A stretch of DNA of 63,409 nt, filler included, from Parasitella parasitica NRRL 2501 (Eukaryota; Fungi; Mucoromycota), in assembly GCA_025201805.1 (NCBI GenBank). It is 15 parts of 14 records of this genome, joined end to end, with 100 filler letters (N's around TTAATTAATTAA, not from the genome) between each part and the next. Parts side by side here need not be neighbours in the genome. Positions count along the whole stretch, not along the records: positions 51,695 to 62,215 come from MU619291.1; positions 62,316 to 63,409 come from MU619677.1; 13 more parts are not named here. One strand, given 5' to 3'. Position 1 is the first letter of the stretch. Every line of letters begins with the position of its first letter. Both the position numbers and the translations under genes were made by a program. The notes beneath the pieces were generated by a model. That model did no database searches, was not told where the DNA came from, and saw only the letters and a program-made list of their open reading frames with translations. This document shows positions 56,096-63,409 of this stretch, one piece after another.

Positions 56096-57489
56096 TTTTT
56101 ATTTTTCTTTTGCAGGAATGAACAAAGAAAGAAAAAAGAGGGAAATAAGAGGAAAGAGAAAACGCCAAAAAGTTGCTTCCTCAATATGTCTAAATTCAAA
56201 TGTACGCATATAAACAATTTTACAAAAAGGGGGGAACGATAGAAGAGGCAATATGATGATAATAAAAACAAAAAAACTTATTTTTACATGAGCACCTTTT
56301 TCGGAAAGTATTCATACACTTTAGGAAATAATTTGGTGCACTTCAGGAAAAAAAAACTCGTTTACGTTAAGGAAGTCTGAAAGCGTTTACATATTGATAG
56401 ATGATGACCTTTCCAAACAGTTAATGGCCCAAGAAAAAACATTCAAATGTTCTGTTTATCAGTTGAAACAATACCTAATACTTTGACAGTTTCACAAGAT
56501 ACAGTGACAACAGTGCCCAAGGGCAAAATGTGTAGGGTGGTTTTAAATTGTTCATCCCAAAGGGTGAGTTTCTTTTTTTTTTTTTTTTTTTTTTTTGCAA
56601 ATTCTTCATATCTATAACATCAGCCGTTACTATGAATCAGAGAAACCGCAACAGAAGTGGTCAAAGGCTTAAATATTAACATTTTATCTATGAAAAAGTT
56701 CGAGCGCCTATAATTACCACTTTCAAAAGCATGTACATTACACTTCCAAGAGTATTGCTGCATTATTTACTGTCAAGATAAAACAATGCGACATAACACT
56801 GTGTAGCAGTGTGTACCAATACAAAGGAGAAGCAATAAGAATATACAAGGATACCTCAAATCCGTGAGCATACATATTATTCTTCATACGTGTCCACTAT
56901 ACAGAAAGAGCACTGATGAGAATTCAATTATTGGGCTATATCTGTAAGAATATGTACTTCGACAGTTTAAAGTAATAACTAAAAAAAAAAAAGAATACAA
57001 TGACTTGCTGGGATTCGACAAACAGGAAAAAGAAAAAAAAAACTTTCTTTACCTTTGAACCTTGGAAGTCTTCATTTGTCTTGCATGGCGATCACTTGCA
57101 ACAGCACGCGGTTGACCCCAGTCATCATCCTGGTGCAGAATGTGGTGCTGCGCCTGAATGCCCATATTGTTACTTCCCATGCCTATATCTTCAACCTCAT
57201 TGCTATGAGGGTCAATAGATGACAGCGATGCAGGAAGAATGCTGGGGCCAACATGCAGTTGGTTCAATTTACGGAGCAAAAAAAGATAGATACTATGGCA
57301 GAAGAAAAAGAATTCCTAAAGTGCACCAATACTTTCCGAAAAAGGTGTAAACATGTGTTTTTTGTACTTTATATATATTTAACTCTACTATCCTTACTAT
57401 GTATATACCTCCTATTAATTACATTCTTTCCGTGAACAATATGTATTAGTCGAAAGTCTAAATGAGGGTATTTTTCATTTGGAGCTGGG

Positions 57490-58200
57490 TAGGAGAGAAT
57501 CAACGAGGAAGAGCACAATACAATGAAATGGGAAGACAAAGTTCGCCCACATCACCTATAAACGTTAACCCACGCAAGATTTGATTGTGAAGAACAGGAT
57601 TCACAGGAAAAATTGGTTGATAAAGGTTTAAATGCTGAAACGGAATAGAAAAATCATCACGATGGCTACTCTAAGCAAAGCTTCATTTTGTTTATTGTAA
57701 TAAGGCAAGTGACACAGAAATAGACCAAGAGACTTGAAAGGAAGCAAAGCTTAGAACATCTTGAAAGAAAAACTAACAAAACCACCGACTTATAGGTGCA
57801 TCTTGATGAAAGACATGAGATTTTATCTAGTCAAATTTTATGATCATAACGCTAAAACCAGGATTGTAGATTCGTACTCATTAAAGAGCTTGAAGGCTTT
57901 ACATTAAAGGAAATCAGTTTGCGAAAGAAGAGCGTATCTTTCACTCGAAAGTTAGAAACGATTTATCAAAAATCATATAGCATAAATTGAAACTTAGAGT
58001 AGGGAAACATGAACTATCTTTAAAATCAAGTTTTTATGGATGAATCGAGTTTTGACATCAACATGAGACCTCCTGAAGGATGGTCTGCTATGGTTATATA
58101 AGCTGCTAATGATCGCTTCAAATACTAAAGTGTAATTTTTGAAATAAGTTGTGTCGATGGAAATTAGAAACTAAAAAGTGTACTCATCGAAAAGATTATA
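57490..58200 (+). pseudogene. Degenerate Tc1/IS630 transposase
   Basis: FMDESSFDINMRPPEGWS at ~58033 matches the first catalytic Asp motif; multiple stops; boundaries approximate. Confidence 0.6.
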
Positions 58201-58931
58201 GATGGTCGAGGCAAATTGTCAAGAGAGAACATGATCCTAGACAAAAATTTCCAGAGACACTGTCGTCAACTATTATTGTTATGTACATTTTATTTGCATT
58301 CATCAGATGAAAGGATGCTACACAGTGATGATAATGCGCCCATTTCCATAGAGATAACAGCAGCTGAATCCTGTCTACATTATATGTATTATTTTATCTT
58401 GATCAATAGGAATTTATTTATCGAAACAAGAAGGTTGTAATACATCAATATACATGTTTCATGAGTTTCGAAATTTTTCTCATTAGGTAAGAGAATAGAT
58501 TAGTGGTAGGCCATGCGTCTACACAATATATACAACTCTCCTTTTTTGAAAACATTCCCATATATATGTATTCAATTGACAACATCTAGTCTGGGCAAAA
58601 AAAAAAAAAATTGAATTGGTTGTTGATTTCCTTGTTCACATGTTGCGCATGCAAAAAGAAGCTGTTTCTACAAAAGCGTCGAGGCGTCATCATCAAAAAC
58701 AGCAAAAGCATGTTGAAATCAATGGCTTGTTATAGCTAATATCGGCATCTTTTTTTAGTCGATACAGATGAATTCATAGTGCACTCTAACGATTCCCTTT
58801 TTTTGCTTGTGCTGTTGTTTTTATTCCTTGTGTACCCCCCTATTTCCAGCCTTATAAAATACAATCATTATTAAACCGAGCTTTTCACTCGTTTCTCTTT
58901 CACGTTTACCATTCAAATCATATTCACAAAA

Positions 58932-59411
58932 ATGCACAATCATTCACATAACCATCATGGCCCAAAACGACAACAACAAAATCTGCCCAGTTTACATCAT
59001 TTAATGTTACCGTCTCCCCCGCTAAACTATTATAACAAATATCTACCACAACCACAACCACAACCACAATCTTCGCATTCATACCCAGTGAATACATCTT
59101 CATACCATTATTCACCACAGCCGCCCAAGATACCACGCATGGAGTTCCTTGATTACGATGAACCAATGGACCTGCTACCTTCAGATAACCAAGTCTTGAA
59201 CGATGTCTCCATGTTCTTCTTTGGTACTGGCTACAGCAAAATGACACTGTATCAATCATCATCTATACCCTCAACACCATCATCTCCAGCGCCACCTTAC
59301 AACGATTTCACCTTATTTGATCCCCTAGAACAAATATACTCTTCAACTTCATCGTGTAAAGGGAGAATGATACCTGATTTGAATGCCTCTTCGTATTCTT
59401 CTTTTTATTAG
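58932..59411 (+). CDS. Hypothetical Pro/Ser/His-rich protein
   Basis: 159-aa ORF, AAAAATG context, TATAAAA upstream (~58853), AATAAA downstream (~59437); no recognisable domain. Confidence 0.5.
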   Translation: MHNHSHNHHGPKRQQQNLPSLHHLMLPSPPLNYYNKYLPQPQPQPQSSHSYPVNTSSYHYSPQPPKIPRMEFLDYDEPMDLLPSDNQVLNDVSMFFFGTGYSKMTLYQSSSIPSTPSSPAPPYNDFTLFDPLEQIYSSTSSCKGRMIPDLNASSYSSFY

Positions 59412-59850
59412 ATCTGTCTTGTCGTTATTTTGTACAAATAAATATATATATACATAGATGCAAAGTGATTCCATTCCAGTTGTTGATCTCGAGGATTTTT
59501 ACTTTATTATCTCTTATTTTCCAATTAAGTCATATCGTTGTCTAGGAAACCAGCCCTTTTCGTCGTCATCAAGGATGCACTATCAATTTTCTTTGAAAAT
59601 AATGGAATATAGAGATGATTTTCTTGCTGTGTTTTAAGCTGCTGCTGTTGCTGTACTCGAAGAAAACTAGGTCTGTTAGTAAATGTTTCCTCCTATCTAC
59701 ATCTTGCAATCAGCAATTCAAAAGTGAGGCGTACTCATCCAACCAAGCAATATAACCAGAAGCTTCTTTTTTTTTTTCTGCGTGGATTAGATATATATAC
59801 AAGTGCCAAAATCTAAGGATGTTTTAAAATTATGATCAAATTGAGCAAGT

Positions 59851-62037
59851 TTATTGAGTGCTACTAGAGGATTTCTTCTTTTTATTACTACTGGAAGACT
59901 TCTTTTTTTTGCCCTTCTTCTTTGATTTCTCTAACGTTGGCTGTTCAACAGTTTCTGGTGTGATATCCTATATTTACAGTCATCATTTCAATAAAAAGAT
60001 TTTTTATATTCTTTTCATTCCTCAGCAGACTTACGATATTAACAATTTCTTGCTCTGTTTGGTGATGCCATTCATGTTCTTGCTCTGCTATTGGTTTCGA
60101 TTGACCTATTGACCATGGATTTTCATTTGATCCGCCAATCTCCTCATACCCACCTACAAATCCGCTTTGGAATGTGGGCGATTCCATAAACGGGCTTTCA
60201 GATGCAAAAAGTGAATCGCTTGGACGAATCCTATTATCCTCATCTTCGCTGTCTGATACCACTTGGGGCCCTGATAGCCTTCGCAAGCTATGGGTCCAAA
60301 CGTCGTTCAGCTCGCTTTTGAATACTGGCTGGTATTCTTCCTCTTCTTCTATTTGGTCTGGCTCTGGTTCTGGTTCTGGTTCTTCTTCTTGTATTTGTTC
60401 GTCTTGCACAGCGACGTGTTGCTTATGGATGTCTGCTGGCCTGCTATAAAAAATAGGCTCTACATCCTCATCACCCAACACCATAGGATTACCGGGCCGT
60501 TCGTCATCTGAGTCTTGTTTGCCAGGCGCAGGCAAATCGATGTGTGCATCAGCATCTTCGCCAAACCAGTCGTCGTTCAATTCATCGTCCACATTAAAAT
60601 CAACAACTGTAGGAATTTGTTCAGAAACCAACTTGACATCTTTCGTCTTTTTTGATTTGACAGGAGATGTTGGCACGGGCGGTGTTTCTTGGCGACGAGG
60701 GAAGCCGTCCAGTATGGTAGGATGATCCGATGCAATATCCTCGAGTTCTTGATCCCAAGCTGATTTCATTTCTTCCTCCTGCCTTGCCAGCCTCGGTTCA
60801 GACGCTGTATTCAGGCTTTAGAATAACAGACGATGAGATTTTACATACATAGTTCTTACGTTGATTAAAGTTATCTTGTCCTCTTCTTCTCTGCATGCCT
60901 GTAGGCACATCGTCATCTGTATCCAGAGTTTCCAGCAAGTCCACAATCTCCACTGCCTTCAACTCCAATTGTTTGTTGAGGGATTCAATCATCAGCTGTA
61001 AGAAGGGGACCCCCAGATACTCATAAATGTACTTCAACCCTAGTCCAGTTTGCATACTTGTCTCGGCATAGCGAATCAAATTAGGCTTAATTGCCCCCCT
61101 TTTGATTCTATCTTGGTTGTGCTCGTATAGGGTGGCATGAACTGCATCCATTTCTACTTTTCTCTCTTGCTCTTTGTCGCAAAAATTACCCAAAACAAGA
61201 ACTGCCACGCTTTCAGGCACATTTCCCAGTTCCTTGTTGACGTAATCAAATGTCCATGGTTTAGTTGTATCAAATATCAAAATAACTCCATGCGTGTTGC
61301 GATACACGTTCACTGTGGAGGCATCCAATCCCATTGAAACATCCTGATCCTCCTCTTGCGGTTGCTGCGTTGATTGGCTTGGTGACACGGCGCTGTTAAT
61401 TTGTGGATCGCTAGGCTTATGCTCCAGCTTGATGCCCTTACTTCCAGGCCTGCTTTTGTTGTATGCTTTATCTACAACATCCCAGACTTCGATCTTGACA
61501 ACATCGTTCGAATCTTGAAAAATGTCAATGGTCCTTATTTAAGATGAAAAAAAAAAAAAAAAAAGTCTTTGAAAATAGTGTACCTTTGTAATGCCAGGGT
61601 ATATTTGCCACTTGGATCTGTGGGGTAGAAGTGTATTCTTGTTCGAAATCAGCTCCCTGTAATCGATGGACTTTTCATGTTTTTTTTGCTCTGTTAATTT
61701 GTTGCATAAACTGGGACATGGCATCAGACTTACATAGGTTACTTTTGCCCGTCATGACATCTCCTCGTAATACAATCTTCACTATAAATGTACATACAAA
61801 TAAGCATCAGAACAGCCATACTAAATGAGACAAGCCGTTGATTTACTGTTGTATTGAACGCCCTTTCGAAATGCATTGCTCATGGTTTTGAAAGATTGTT
61901 GTGAAGAGGCTACTTGAGGTGCAACAGATTCCTGGAATGTATTAATTTTAGCATGTAGTATGCAAAATTGATCATTCGAATGTAATACACACCTTTTTTG
62001 CTGCCGTTCCTCCTCCAAAAGACCACCAAGAACTCAT
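59851..62037 (-). CDS. RABL6: Rab-like protein 6 (RBEL1) homolog, multi-exon
   Basis: FRKGVQYN-MKIVLRGDVMTGKS, IQVANIPWHYK, VVKIEVWDVVDK, LDASTVNVYRNTHGVI, acidic region and Lys-rich C-terminus. Confidence 0.88.
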
Positions 62038-63409
62038 TGTTTTGTATTATGTGAGAATGAAGAAATAGGGCGCATACTTTTTGTATGCAGCTTGCTACAT
62101 AACTTTTTTTTTTTTTTTTTTTTAATGACGTAAAATTTTCAAGTTATCAGGTTAAATGAGACGTTGTCATGGGAATCTAAAGTCATTCGAGTTGGCAAGA
62201 ACCAATTTTACTCGTNNNNNNNNNNNNNNNNNNNNNNNNNNNNNNNNNNNNNNNNNNNNTTAATTAATTAANNNNNNNNNNNNNNNNNNNNNNNNNNNNN
62301 NNNNNNNNNNNNNNNTTTCAACTTTGGGTCAACCTTCAGGGTCATTTTTAGGTACGGATTTCGGGTTCAAGCCAAGTATACATCCTAATACTAGTACAAA
62401 AACTGTATCTCATCACGCTTTCCACCGTTGAGTTCCAATATCTATTTTAGTTTTGTCGAGATACTGCTGCCAAAACAAGATCTTGTTGCTGATTTTATAG
62501 CAATTTATGTGGATAACAATTCATTAAGTCTTATGTGTATAAAAGTATTTAGTTATATACTTGTGGAATTTTATTCACAAAGTCCGTATCACGTTAAAAT
62601 ATTATAATAGCACATTTGCACAACATTTTGCTGTGCATTTTATATTGGGAAAACGGAGATGCTCTTCAATATGTAAAGAGAACCTATTCCAAATTATAAG
62701 GGAAAACAGATGTTCTCTTAAGAAAGATTATATATAATTTATTACTCAATAGTTGCTTTGTCAGACTCAAAGTGAGGGACAATTCGATTTCTAGGAATAG
62801 GGGATGAAAGCGTTTGGTGGTATATATAGTATATCCGACCTTTAAAAAGAATTTGTATGATTACCAATATACTTTATTGTTTTTCCTCCACTACTCGATC
62901 AATAAACTGAGCAAAATGTTCAGTTAAAATGTAAAGACAAGGTTGACAACATCTAGAGAATACTGCATATTATTTATTAGCTGTAAAAGTAGGTCATCCA
63001 AGATTTTGATTCATACATTAAACTATGTAGAAAAATCAGACATTTTAGCTTAGAAACCAAGATAGATTCGGTTTTTCTGTTTTATCCATTATTTTTCAAT
63101 ACAACTCGCTTTGATCTGTGCACAACATCAGTTAGGTTAAGCACCAACTCTTGTATCAATGTGTTGTATTATGCTTGGATACTTCTTTGTGATAAATTTG
63201 GCATCAAATATGCAATTAAAAAGGTTACAAGAAGATTCTTTTTGACAAACTGAACGATTTAGAACAGAAAATGCGCTTTTTTTTTAAATTCAGCTGAGTG
63301 CTCAGTCAAAGGCTTTGGAGGTATAGCTGGTAACTATACCATGACATTTCAGCATAGAATCATCTCTCTTTTCGGAAATCAGTACTAAAAAATAGATCAG
63401 AATCTCTAT

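Overview
Eukaryotic, AT-rich fungal DNA, most consistent with a Mucorales/Mucoromycotina species (short GT-AG introns, CDK5RAP1 present, Mucor-type Tc1, L1 and Ty3/gypsy elements). It is not contiguous: 15 contigs are joined by 14 artificial 100-nt N/TTAATTAATTAA/N spacers. Host genes include a Yap1-like bZIP, CDK5RAP1/MiaB, a G-alpha, a CE6/SASA esterase, a Nudix hydrolase, an SR-type RRM protein, kinesin-4 and RABL6, plus three tRNA genes (Tyr, Asp, Ala). The main discovery is a tRNA-gene-targeting retroelement system. (1) APE-RT LINEs sit head-to-head with tRNA-Asp and tRNA-Ala. (2) Element 3' ends are joined to the antisense copy of tRNA nt 1 to about 14-17, which implies insertion into the A-box/D-loop with a target-site duplication that leaves a complete tRNA and builds tandem arrays. 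(3) A tRNA-headed SINE and an ORF1-only element show the same junction type. (4) Five element 3' ends share a covarying stem-bulge-stem-loop. Separately, one Ty3/gypsy LTR family lies 38 and 83 bp downstream of two of the tRNA genes in the same orientation.
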